A stretch of DNA of 64,000 bases from Eledone cirrhosa (Eukaryota), in contig OZ024758.1 in assembly GCA_964016885.1 (NCBI GenBank), positions 10,912,001 through 10,976,000 of the forward strand. Reading direction: 5' to 3'. The notes beneath the pieces were generated by a model. The model saw only the letters and a list, made by a program, of their open reading frames with translations, ran no database searches and was not told where the DNA came from. Shown piece by piece: positions 26,131-38,634 of this stretch. Numbering within the stretch: position 1 is the stretch's first letter; every line of letters starts with the position of its first letter. The position numbers and the translations under genes are program-made.

Positions 26131-26470
26131 TAAGAATATTTTAGAAACAGCGAGTGGGTTTGAAATTATTAGAAATGTAAGCTATCGCCGTATTTTGACT
26201 AAAGAAATTAAAGAAATTATTTAGCCTGATAGTGGGGTTAAGAACCCTCGGGGAAATGGAAAAAGATGAGTATTGACGTACATGGGAGTCGAACCCACAA
26301 CTTGGGTTATCCGGACCACTGTGTTACCATTTACACCAACACATCACCCGTCTCTTTCCATTCAAATTAGAAGCTATAAACTTAGCGACTGTAATGTCAA
26401 ATAAGAATATTTTCGAAACAGCGAGCGAGTTTGAAATTATAAATGTTAGCTATCGCCGTATTTTGACTAT
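26131..26470 (-). mobile_element. tRNA-like core between 68-bp direct repeats, within (TA)n
   Basis: Direct repeats ~26132-26200 and ~26403-26469. Minus strand ~26273-26346 folds tRNA-like: tggtgtaaatggtaacac...gtgggttcgactcccat. Confidence 0.6.
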
Positions 26471-26716
26471 ATATATATTTATTTCATACTCAAATTTTCA
26501 ATGTTCAAATCATGAAGGTCTTACATTTCTCTCTCTCTCTCAATATTTCAGTGGATATATACATTCCTGCATGTGCTCGTGTGATTACGTGACAATAGCT
26601 TGGCCTATATATTTTTGTTCAGAAATCGACTCTGCAATAAATTGTTTTGAAAGAAGTACTGCTCTACACATTGAATGTTTTTCTCAATATTTTCTTTGTT
26701 GATTTTGTCTTTTCAG

Positions 26717-26943
26717 ACGGAAGTTCAGGTACTCCAACACCGACATCAGCGGCTGCTGTACGTGACTTAGCCTTTTATTTCCCACCAAGTAAATCCGACT
26801 CGGATACTGGTGCTGAACGTGCAAGTCCAGCTGCTAAACCGCCTGATATGAGCCCCTGTGTTTCCAAATTACGACAAAGAAGAGCTTCCATGCATGATGC
26901 TATTGATTATACCAAGATTGACACTAAACTTTACGACAAAATA
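26717..26943 (+). CDS. Internal coding exon (227 nt, phase 1 start, phase 0 end) of an unidentified host gene; peptide (D)GSSGTPTPTSAAAVRDLAFYFPPSKSDSDTGAERASPAAKPPDMSPCVSKLRQRRASMHDAIDYTKIDTKLYDKI
   Basis: Polypyrimidine acceptor ttttgtcttttcAG ends at 26716 and a canonical donor GTAAGT starts at 26944. The frame is open, non-repetitive and richer in GC than its flanks, with a natural-looking peptide including an RRAS motif. Confidence 0.8.
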
Positions 26944-27059
26944 GTAAGTTTACCTTGAGAAATTCTCAACTTTTATCTCCACTATTTTTTTTTAATGAAT
27001 GTTACTTTTATATTAAAATGAATCCTCGTAGGTTTCAATAGTGAAGGTGATGAAAACAA

Positions 27060-27212
27060 ATATCCCATACGGTGTTATGATGACTGTCCCTGAGAATTAC
27101 GCTAAAGATGCACGTGTCTGTGGATTGCTATCCACTTGCACGTTAATTTCATGATTAGTCTGTTCCGTTGAGCGAACAACTGGAACACTCATCGTAGAAA
27201 CCGATGGATGTC
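27060..27212 (+). mobile_element. Dispersed old repeat, probable SINE 3' part (also ~1872-1946 and ~21970-22045)
   Basis: Shared ctgttccgttga..gaacaactggaacactc...gaaaccgacgga at three loci. Confidence 0.6.
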
Positions 27213-27255
27213 CCTTCCAATCGTTTATGAAATATTAGAAACTAGAATGTTATCC

Positions 27256-28278
27256 ACCACACTGCTAGATATATATTTGATCTACACTGCTAGATATATA
27301 TTTGATCCACACTGCTAGATATATATTTAATCCACACTGCCAGATATATATTTGATCCACACTGCTAGATATGTATTTGATCCACACTGCTAGATATATA
27401 TTTGATCCACACTGCTAGATATATATTTGATCCACACTGCTAGATATATATTTGATACACACTGCTAGATATATATTTGATCCACACTGCTAGATATATA
27501 TTTGATCCATACTGCTAGATATATATTTGATCCAAACTGCTAGATATGTATTTGATCTATACTGCTAGATATATATTTGATCTACACTACTAGATATGTA
27601 TTTGATCTACACTACTAGATATGTATTTGATCTACACTACTAGATATGTATTTGATCCACACTGCTAGATATATATTTGATCTACACTGCAAGATATGTA
27701 TTTGATCTATACTGCTAGATATGTATTTGATCCATACTGCTAGATATGTATTTGATCTACACTGCTAGATATGTATTTGATCTACACTGCTAGATATATA
27801 TTTGATCTACACTGCTAGATATATATTTGATACACACTGCTAGATATATATTTGATACACACTGCTAGATATATATTTGATCTACACTGCTAGATATATA
27901 TTTTATCTACACTGCTAGATATGTATTTGATCTACACTGATAGATATGTATTTGATCTATACTGCTAGATATATATTTGATCTACACTACTAGATATGTA
28001 TTTGATCCACACTACTAGATATGTATTTGATCCACACTGCTAGATATGTATTTGATCTACACTGCTAGATATGTATTTGATCCACACTACTAGATATATA
28101 TTTGATACACACTGCTAGATATGTATTTGATCTACACTGCTAGATATGTATTTGATCCACACTACTAGATATATATTTGATCTACACTGCTAGATATATA
28201 TTTGATCCACACTGCTAGATATGTATTTGATCCACACTGCTAGATATGTATTTGATCCATACTGTTACATATATATTT
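27256..28278. repeat. 25-bp minisatellite, ~40 copies
   Basis: tccacactgctagatatatatttga repeated with a few variable positions and no spacers. Confidence 0.97.
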
Positions 28279-28716
28279 TTCTGCAGATCGTAACATTAGT
28301 AAATGTTACATAAATACAATATCTTTTTATATTTTATGGAGTTTAGTCAAATTACTGAAATCGATACTAATTTTCAAAATAAAAATATATTTATTCAATT
28401 AAATTAAAGCAAAATGAAATAAAACAAATTATATATTTGCTATAAATATATATTATCAATAACAATAGAACTGTTTAAGAGTCAATTAATGTGAAAATAA
28501 TCAGGTAGAACTGATTAGAAATTCGAATGTGAAAGGTAATGTTTGGAATATAGTTTGGTCGCTGAGCGCAACAGCAGATAAAGTTATATAACTACAATAA
28601 TTATATAATATATACACACACACATATATAGTAATAATAATAAATTTGAAGGGTAAAATCCAAAGAGGGCTCGATAAGGATAAATATATATCAAATATAT
28701 AAGAACCGTAGAGCAA

Positions 28717-28853
28717 ATATTTATTAAAATAACAGATTAAAGTTTAAGCAAAGAATCGCTGCTTTCACCTTTAACGGCAGTTTCAGAAGATCCCGTTAAG
28801 GGTGAAAGCAGCGATTCTTTGCTTAAACTTTAATCTGTTGTTTTAATAAATAT
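28717..28853. repeat. ~60-bp-arm fold-back with variant hammerhead-like core (CAGAAGA)
   Basis: tatttattaaaataacagattaaagtttaagcaaagaatcgctgctttcacc and its inverse. The right arm reads CAGAAGA-tccc(gttaa)gggt-GAAA. A single-arm copy is at 35651-35722. Confidence 0.7.
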
Positions 28854-29515
28854 ATATATTTATATATATATATATAATTTTGTGTCGCCTAGGCACAATA
28901 TTGAAATCGATACTAATTCTCAAAATGGAAAATAATTATCAAATAATTATCAAATAATTATTAAATTTAAATTAAATAAAATAAAATAAATTCCTCAGCT
29001 ACCAATGGCAATAGTAGTGCAATACTATAGAGGGCACAGGGAAAATGTTACAAAAAAAAAGAAAAAGAAATCACACCGAAAAAATTCCGTTCAATACATT
29101 TTGGGATCATTTTTTATGGATTGACATGTCGTCTGCGGTCTGTGCTACTTTATATTGTAATATAATAATTTGTGTTGCATTGGTGTTCATTTTCTTCTAT
29201 GTTTATCTTCATATTGATTAAGAAGGTGGTATTGTGACATCTTTAACCTGACCAAGCAACTAACAATGAGTATTATTAGCATTGATACACGTTATACAGC
29301 GTATACAGCTTCCATTTATTCATTTATTCTTCAAGCTAACACATTCTCTTCCTTTTCCTCCTGCCCCTCCCTCGTTCATATACATATATAAGTGGGTGAT
29401 TTCATTGATCTCTCTCTCTATATATATATATTATATTATATTATACATACGTACATTAACGCACATACATACTTACACACCACACAAACACACACACATA
29501 TATATATTATACATA

Positions 29516-29556
<41 letters not shown>

Positions 29557-29649
29557 ATACATACATATATATACTCACATATATTACGTGCTCACACACA
29601 CGCACACACATTGATTATCGTGTTTTGATGAAGAGATAGTGTGATATAA

Positions 29650-30850
29650 GGTCAAATTAGTTGATATTGATTTATGAAGGATCTAAAACAATTCTGAATT
29701 TTCTCTTTTTGTTCGAAAACTCATGTCGTAATTTGAAGTGGATCTCCGTTCCCGGAGACATATTCATACTGTCGTTCATAATTTTAACCTAATCACACCG
29801 AGATATTTAGGGAGACAATGGGGGCTGTTAAATTGTGATTTCTTTTGACTTGCATCCAATCGATATCTACGCAATTACGAAGCAAATCTGCGAAATCTAT
29901 TCTCTATAGTTTATTGAAGTGTTTACAGCTAATGAATATATTAACTTGAATATATTTCTTAAGTTGATTGAGATCTATTAAATAGAAGTCAGGTCAAAGA
30001 TTATCAATATCTCATGAACAAGAAGTTCTTGTTCAAAGGCAAAGAAAATTGTAGGACTCTAAACTTCTGAAGCAGTCCTAGTGGATGCCATTGTGAAAGA
30101 TGGTGTATCAGGGCATTTTAAACACAGCTAAACTAATCGTTCTCCCGGTTTGGACACAGCCTAGTTCTCTCAGAGAAGAGAGAGCGAGAGAAAGAGTTAC
30201 AAAGAGATAGAGGAATAATTTACCCCAGTAGAGAGCTAACACGTTATTTATTGACCTTGAAATAAGGAAATACGGCATTGATTTCGTAGGCAAAACTGCG
30301 ATTCAATGATATCATCTCTATAAACACCTAAAACATATTACCGATGATAGTTGCTTCTTAAAGTAGTTATTTAATAACTTGACTTTAAAATTAAGAGCTT
30401 AAAATCTTCGGAGAACATTTTAAAGACTATATGGAAAATATATGGAAAAGATCCGGCATCTAACATTGTTCCAGATCGTATAAGAAAGAAGGAATTAAAC
30501 AGAAGTTATGACACAAGTCAATAAAACTTGATATGAAGTTGAGATAAAAATTTCGGCCATCGTTCGAAAGGCACGGGCTGCAAACTTAGATTTCTAGGAA
30601 TAAATAGAAACTTAAATTGGCAAGCAATGAGAGAAACTCCACGTGGTTATTCGGTTTGTTAGCATTGGCAGCTTGAATTTCCTTTCAAACCACATTAAAT
30701 ATAAGACACAATACACATTGTAGTCTGACAAAATAAAGATATAGCCAGAGGGAGATGGAATTTGGTCACAGGTTTTCTCGTTGAGAATTAATCTGCGACT
30801 ATAAGCAACGATAACAACTCGTAAGATACAGAATAACACGACTGTCTTCG
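29650..30850 (-). mobile_element. Very degraded non-LTR retrotransposon RT region
   Basis: Minus-strand relic motifs in the expected order: IPSPSG (~30750, cf. SPGPDG), GCVQTGRTISLAVF (~30120-30160, cf. GVxQGxxLSPxLF), PKYLGV (~29795-29812). Confidence 0.45.
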
Positions 30851-31474
30851 CTTCAATCTATAAGATGTTTAGCAATTATATATTTGGAATTAATAGATTC
30901 GGTATATTATCTTAGACGCAAGTGCCTTGCAATCAGAATTCGTAATCCAAGCTACATCACTTCATTGGTGTTGCTAACTTCACTAAGAGAAACATTAACT
31001 TCACTCGACCTCCTTACACACCTTTCCTATATAAATCTGAAGCGTTCTTCTATGAAAGAAATCGATATTGTTCACACAGATACTCTGACTCTCTTCTTTT
31101 CTTTGTACTGCTGGTATCCTTGTTACAATTATTGTTGTCAGGAAATCACTGAATAATAATCAATACATTTTTATAGAAAACGAAATTAGCACTTTTTTTT
31201 TACATGAGCTGAAAAACTAAAGTTATCACTTCCCTTAGATAAAAGGGAACATACATACATACATATATACATATAAATATATATATATAATATATATATA
31301 TGATATAAATAAATAAATAAATGTGTGTGCGTTTCTGCGTGTGCATATATGTATATATACATACATATATGTACTATATAGGTGTATATAAATATATACG
31401 TTATTCTGGGTTGAATCGGAGGTAACCACAGTAAGTAAGGTACTCAATACATTGCAGAGTATAAAAGTTTTAAC

Positions 31475-31578
31475 ATAGATGAGATTCTACAGGACTAGAA
31501 CTGTTTCATTCTTTAGAAATCATCAGGAATCCTGATTATTTCTAAAGAATGAAACAGTTCTAGTCCTGTAGAATCTCA

Positions 31579-31583
<5 letters not shown>
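31475..31583. repeat. Near-perfect ~110-bp palindrome carrying a hammerhead-like core in each arm
   Basis: atagatgagattctacaggactagaactgtttcattctttagaaatcatcagga then its reverse complement with one mismatch. An arm reads CTGATGA-tttctaaagaat-GAAAC-agttcta-GTC. Abuts (TA)n. Confidence 0.75.
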
Positions 31584-31632
<49 letters not shown>

Positions 31633-33871
31633 TAGTGTAACTTGGAGTTACTGTATATATATACGAAGAGATTAAGGAATAGAAAGATGATTACTTTTAG
31701 CTGTCAGCGGTTTCATGAGTATTTCTAAGAAATAACGCTTCAATAAAACTTGGCTTTACGTCATATTTAATATTAAATCTGTCGATGACTTGAAACATAT
31801 TCATTATAAAAACTTACCGATAATTGTTGATGTAGTTGTTACAAAGGTTGTTATTGTTTAGCCACAGGTAAACTATAGTTTAACCAACTACTCATGTTTT
31901 TAGGGCTATGTAGTACTATATTATTCAATGTCTCTTTTCCCTATGATTTGTATGGAAGTTGCCTGCTATTTCTAGCAGATCTATTCACCAGTTAGATGCA
32001 GCTTCTTTAACACATTGCTGCTGCTGTTGTTGTTGTTGTTGTTGTTGTTGTTTAGCGCCAGGTGAATCCAAATTGTGCAGACTCTAGCCACATATACTCC
32101 AGCAATATATGTAAGCTACACTGCCTCCACACTTCATTATACTACTGCCATACTGTTATGGCGGGTTCGAACCCCTCAAAAGGCCGTTGACATGATAGAA
32201 ACCTTAAAAAATGTGATCCTATTACACTCAAAATTAGATTTTTAAAAAGGAATAGTAAACCAATGAAAATATAACAGTGACAATATTCAAACTCTATTTA
32301 ATAGCCGCCATAAGAGAATATTGTTTGATAAAGTGAACGGCAGAATCATTAGTTGTTCCTTTGTTCGTCACGACAAACCTATTTCTTCCTCTTCAGAATA
32401 GTTCATAGCATACCACAAACTACTCATTTTCCTTTTACACCAAATTACAAGCCTTATTCATAAAGAAGCTCTTTTACATAGAGTTCTATACACTACACGA
32501 TCGACACAATCACGAGATTGTGTAGAAAAAAATGTCCGATCTATGTAAAACACTAAAAATATTTTATATATGTCATTGTATATGAAACACTGTAAAAATA
32601 TTGTATATAATAAGATATTAACTCTACTGATATATTTTTTTTTTGTCAGTTGTTTCAAATACAAGAATATACGGTAGCAGAAGTATGTCGTAGCATAGCC
32701 GTGTGTTATCAATAAGATTCTTGTGAACAAGCAATTTATCTAATGATGGCAAACTCCGATATCAACTTCATTACATTTGTAATATCGAATCCATTACACA
32801 AGCATATATTTATAAGCTACAGACAGCCTTGTCGCCATCCATTATAATCAATTCGCGTTCATCTCATATTTGTTTGCTACTGGTACTTGCAGAAACACCA
32901 TGAATTAACATGTTCTACATACGTAGTTTTCTATCTAAACTCAATTTCAAAAACTTATTTCAACTCTATAACTTATTTGTATTGGCTTACTGAATTCGAA
33001 TTTCAAAACTGACCTTGGAAATTGATTTCTATAACCTCAAAAACTAAATATTTCCAATGTATATATAATATTAAATAGTGATTGGCATCAAGCAGTTATG
33101 GAAACGGTAGTTGTTTTCTTTTGTATTGTTTTGTTTTTCTCTGTTCTGCTTCTGTGTCTGCGAATACATATGAATTACTAGCTAGCCAATACTTATTTAG
33201 TATAGTCAATATGATATATTCTATGTTTTGTCTTTTAACCTTACTGTCTTTCATTTCATTCGTTGTGAATAAAATAAAAAGAGAGTATACCTATATAAAG
33301 TATATCTCAAATGTTCCTTGATCAAATTTGTTCTATCAAGCAGCATTCATTGAAACCATTCAACGTTAATCATGTAATTAAGGAATATGTTTTTCGTTTT
33401 GAGATTATTTTATATAAACGCGATCATATTTATTGTGATGTGTAGTTAAGTTTGAATTCTATTGAACAACCTTATGTAAATTAGAACTAAATTATGTCTA
33501 CTTTGCTTTTCTCACTATAGGAAATATTTGTACACACTTATTTATGTTTGTAAAACTATAGCTTAGACTAATACCAACAAAATTTCAGCAGTTTATACAA
33601 TTACATTGAAACATTGAGATAAAGAACCTATAAAGACATTTCTTTTAATGCAATACCAAAACGTTTGTGATATTAAAATACTCATACGTCAAAACAGAAC
33701 AGGGTAAAGAGGAATCATTAAAGGGGACGGGGGCTAATTTTATATATATTTTGATAGAAGGTGAAATCATATCTGAAAGGTTAGTTTTGAATTCTAAAGA
33801 ATTAGATCTGATATTGCCAACAATCGTATCATTAAAATAATACATTTTACGAACCAAGAAAATGACTTCTA

Positions 33872-33902
<31 letters not shown>

Positions 33903-33908
<6 letters not shown>

Positions 33909-33999
33909 CGGTCTCTTGGAGACGCAGGACATGGCAGCGATGATGAGGGACAGAGACCGCTGGATAGAACTCGTCCATGGATCTCGGGAATTTTACCAG

Positions 34000-34002
<3 letters not shown>
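33903..34002 (+). mobile_element. 100-bp 3' fragment of the same RTE LINE, within (TA)n
   Basis: Close match to ~17882-17982; translates DTGLLETQDMAAMMRDRDRW. Confidence 0.85.
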
Positions 34003-34034
<32 letters not shown>

Positions 34035-34635
34035 AAGATTCCTTCTGTGTAAAGCTAGCATAAGACTTTTAACCGTAAATATATCTCAACATGGTCATTT
34101 TATGAGAGTTACGATACCTCATTATCATAAAAGAGAAATACTAAAACACGAAAGATATAAAATATTACTGTAGAAGCTAAACTAAACATCTTCAATTAAA
34201 CTAACTACAACAATACATTTAGATTATTTTTATTCTTTGAGAGGCAGCTGCTAACGCTGATAACGTTTATACGCTCTCTTCAGCTCCAAACGACAAGAAG
34301 GACAATCTTCAAGCAATTTCATTGCTGGCGAACGGTAGCCATTTTATTTCTCAAAATGGACGCCTGTACAAACGCAAGTATATAAAAATGTATGGGCGCC
34401 TGCTCAAACACATGCATGTAAAGATAAATATATGCATAGATAAATATAAACTTATTGTGTAGAGATATAAGCCAATGCAGTCTTTTGAGACAAAAGAATG
34501 TTCAAATGTCCCTGGAGTCGATTCCAATTTTAATCCACCTATAAAATATGTGAAGTCAATATATAGCCTACCAACAGAAGTTCATATATTTTCTAAGAAA
34601 CAAACCATATTTATAAAGATCTGTATATGTACCTA

Positions 34636-34697
<62 letters not shown>

Positions 34698-34703
34698 TCT
34701 CTC

Positions 34704-34747
<44 letters not shown>

Positions 34748-35375
34748 ATACACTCTCACTCTGTCTCTTATATATAAGTGCATATATAAATATAAATATG
34801 TACGTGTATATACACACACAATTAGACATACAGGCACACAGATACACGCACATAGTAGATATCTTTTTTACGAAGCGCTGAGGGGTTAAAGCGATGACCC
34901 TATTTTAGAATCTCCGCGCATTAGCACACCATTCTTTTATATATATATATGAGTGTATATATATATGTGTGTATATATATATAATGGCTATTTATTGATA
35001 TCTCTTCATTTGCGTGTCATCCATGTTAACCTATTGTATGTGAACATGTGTGTGTGTGTGTGTGCATATGTATGCGCATACTTGTGAGTGTCTATATATA
35101 CATCTGAATGTGCGTATTTGTGAGTGTGTGTATATGTACATGTAAGTATGTATGTACGGATGTATGTGGAGGTATTTAAGGATGTGTGTTGGAATATCTG
35201 GCGCCCATACTGTGTGATAGGAAACAATATATATCTGTATTATTTACATGCCGTTTAGTATAAATTAAAAAGCTCTGCACGATTCTTGGTGAGAAGGTCG
35301 TCTGCTTGGCTCTTTAACAGATATCATCTTCTCAGAAATAATATCTAATGTGTATACATGCAAACACAGAACCAC

Positions 35376-35408
<33 letters not shown>

Positions 35409-35525
35409 TTTTGACTCCAGTTCCTCAGCGAATTAACAACCCAACAAGGAACTGGGCATATCAGAGTATTGACAATATTATACACCTAAACAACATATGT
35501 ACTTGTCTATACCATACTAATTCAA

Positions 35526-35586
35526 ACTGCCTGAAGAGGTCACAGCCAAAGATGGCTGTCACTGAAATATATATAGCAGTAATAAA
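35526..35586 (+). ncRNA. Type I hammerhead ribozyme
   Basis: actgc-CTGAAGA-ggtcacagcca(aaga)tggctgtcact-GAAA-tatata-TA-gcagt-AATAAA: perfect 5-bp stem I, long stem II, palindromic minimal stem III. It sits in a block (35406-35630) bounded by (TA)n. Confidence 0.85.
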
Positions 35587-35760
35587 CGAAGCTAAATTTT
35601 AATCATTTGACTTTTATTTAACTTTATTTTATATATATATATATATATATATTTATTAAAATAACAGATTAAAGTTTAAGCAAAGAATCGGTGCTTTCAC
35701 CCTTAACGGGATCTTCTGAAATTTATTATTATTACAATATATATATATATATATATATAT

Positions 35761-35886
35761 AGGAAAAAGTATGACCCCGACGGCTGAGCTGAAGCCGTTT
35801 CGACGGCTATTTCCCACTCTACTACCCTAAGTATTGAGTACTCTGGTGCGTTATGGTCCATCTGGTTCCTTACCACAATTCCTTTG

Positions 35887-35890
<4 letters not shown>
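35761..35890 (+). mobile_element. Copy of the 2891 family with an internally inverted segment
   Basis: gaccccgacggctgagc...gccgtttc in one orientation joined to cccactctactaccctaagtattgagtactctggtgcgttatggtcca in the opposite orientation; flanked by (TA)n. Confidence 0.6.
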
Positions 35891-35931
<41 letters not shown>

Positions 35932-36051
35932 ATAGAATTTGTATAATATATATTGTATAATATATCTATATATCTTATACAAATATATATATTATATATA
36001 ATTTATGTATATATATATGTATACAAATATACATATACTATATCTATATAC

Positions 36052-36115
<64 letters not shown>

Positions 36116-36220
36116 GTGTGTGTGAGTGTTATTCGGTATGTGTGCATGCCTGAAGTGGTGTAGAATAGTAGGAGATAATTCAAATATTTCATGCTTCATA
36201 ATTATTGTATATACATTCAT

Positions 36221-36267
<47 letters not shown>

Positions 36268-36401
36268 ATAATAAGGGCGCTGCGGAGTTGCAAATGGGTT
36301 ATATATTATATATATATATATGTTACTATCGACATCTATAGTTGTATGTTGGTCTATGACCTTTACGAATGTCTGCCTGTATGTGTATGTATGTATGTAT
36401 G

Positions 36402-37006
36402 TCAGGTCACCAGTTGGTGTTACTGGTAACATGTATCTCAGTACAACCTGTCTCATGGTCGGGTCGTTGGCGACTAAACTGGCAACCCCACCAAGGTTTC
36501 TTGGTGAGGAGGGTGACTTTGGACATCCTGCAGGACTAAAAACAAAACCTATCAATGGGCAAAGGAGCTCTTAAGAGTCAATGGCCATCCACAATCACCG
36601 GGAGAGATGACCCCTTAGCCTTTGTCAAGGCAGAATTCTAGGAGAAGGAAAACTCTGATATAACACCTGCAACCCTGATGGTATCCAATGATGTTCACTT
36701 GTTCTTCTTTTTGGTAAATATCATCTTGGTTAAGAGAGTGGGACTGGCTTTGTGCAGTGCCTTTGATCACTATAAAAGCTTCACGGCACAGGCATTGCTT
36801 TATATCTGGAGATCTCTCTGCACTTGTCGTCACATGGTACCATGGGCCCAGCACTATGTGTCAATAATTGTCAGAAGTGTAGTGTTTGTACCAGAGTTTA
36901 AGTCGCTGGCTGGACTGGAAAGTCACACTTGTTCAGGGCATCGGTAGGAGTTCTCCTACATGGATATAAAGTAGTGGCCGTACTCGAAAACGAGTTGGCA
37001 GCCACC
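36402..37006 (+). mobile_element. GC-richer insertion, probable RTE LINE 5' UTR
   Basis: GC-richer block between (TATG)n tracts containing ctaggagaaggaaaactctga..acacct, a motif I recall from RTE 5' UTRs. Confidence 0.4.
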
Positions 37007-37647
37007 ATGTATGTATGTATGTATCTATGTATGTATGTATATATATGTGTATGCAAATGTTATAGCAACACATTGCCTCCAAAACGACATCGGGATGATA
37101 CAGCCCACATCTAAATGAAACACTAAACATCAGACTAGCTAACACCAAAAGATTCATTCCCAAAACGTGGAATATATTTAAAAAACTGAAACAGAATATT
37201 TCCAAGAAATAACATCGTGGTAACATAAACAAAGAACAGAAAACAACCAACGTAAAGTATATAATAGATATAACACGTGAAAAACGGATAAAAACAATAG
37301 TAAAACACATCAAAAGGAGTTCTCAGGACACCTACACAATAATGATCAATGAAAAAAATATTAACGAACCAGAAGACAATCAAAAATATATTTAAAAAGG
37401 AATTCGGAGAAGTTTTAAGTATGGGAAAATATATTGGTGAAAATTATGACAATAAAAATCTGAACGTAGAAATAATTAAAGAATTATAAATAATATATTT
37501 TACTATAGCCTAAGGATAAAACTGAAAACTAAAATAGCAACAACATTTTAGAATAACATATTTTTTTAAATCGCAAATCTGACAATCCTAGACTTAATTA
37601 AAATAGAAACAAGTAAGAATATAATCTGCCTAAATGAAAATATTCAG

Positions 37648-38235
37648 CAGCCACAATAGTTACAAATGTGGGTACCTCCAACCCACCTTAGGCCAGTCAC
37701 GATAGTTACAAAAGTGGTGGGTACCCACCTTAGATCAGACACGATAGTTACAAAGGAGGTGGGTACCCACCTTAGGCCAGCCACGATAGTTACAGAGGAA
37801 AGTGGGTACCTCCTACCCACCTCGGGTCAGACACGATAGTTACAAAGGAGGTAGATACCCACCTTAGATCAGCCACGATAGTTACAAAGGAAAGTGGGTA
37901 CCACCTTAGATCAACCACAATAGTTACAAAGGAAAGTGGGTACCACCTTAGATCAGCCACGATAGTTACAAAGGAAAGTGGGTACCACCTTAGATCAGCC
38001 ACGATAGTTACAAAGGAAAGTAGGTACCACCTTAGATCAGCCACGATAGTTATAAAAGAAAGTGGGTACCACCTTAGGCCAGCCACGATAGTTATAAAAG
38101 AAAGTGGGTACCACCTTAGGCCAGCCACGATAGTTATAAAAGAAAGTGGGTACCACCTTAGGCCAGCCACGATAGTTATAAAAGAAAGTGGGTACCCACC
38201 TTAGGCCAGCTACGATAGTACAAAAGTGGGTACCA
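37648..38235. repeat. 42-bp minisatellite, ~14 copies
   Basis: ccacgatagttacaaaggaaagtgggtaccaccttagatcag repeated. Confidence 0.95.
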
Positions 38236-38560
38236 TCTTAGAACAGCTGATATCGGAATATGAAGACCCAAACAAAGAACATAGAAAATACATTGTATTC
38301 AGCAAATTATGAAATACAAGAGCAATACAATACAATGATGATATTAGATACTTGATACTGTAAGAAAATAGCCTTAACATTTCGGAGGTTAATCTTTCAT
38401 TGGAAGAAAGCATGTGACGAAAAAAAAGAGAGAATGTTTGAGAGAGAGAAGAAGGGATAGGAAGATAGAAGAGAGTAAGAAAATAAAGAAAAGATGAAGA
38501 AAACGAGGAAAATTAAATACGAGGAAGATGCGTGTGTAGGTAGTCAGTCATTATATATAT

Positions 38561-38634
38561 TACGGGGTCGATAAAATAAAGTACCAGTAATGCACTGGGT
38601 AATTGCTGGCCTTGTGCCTAAAGTAGAAACAATT
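38561..38634 (+). mobile_element. 5'-truncated SINE copy
   Basis: tacggggtcgataaaataaagtaccagtaatgcactggg...agtagaaacaatta. Confidence 0.85.

Noticed and set aside
26273-26346. Functional tRNA gene
   Set aside because: Anticodon arm is irregular and the acceptor stem relies on several wobbles; it lies inside a repeat-like cassette, so it is treated as tRNA-derived.
27256-28278. CRISPR-like regular 25-bp repeats
   Set aside because: Units are head-to-tail with no unique spacers, there are no cas genes, and the context is eukaryotic.
37100-37620. A-rich stretch possibly from a LINE ORF
   Set aside because: No recognisable protein motif could be read in any frame.
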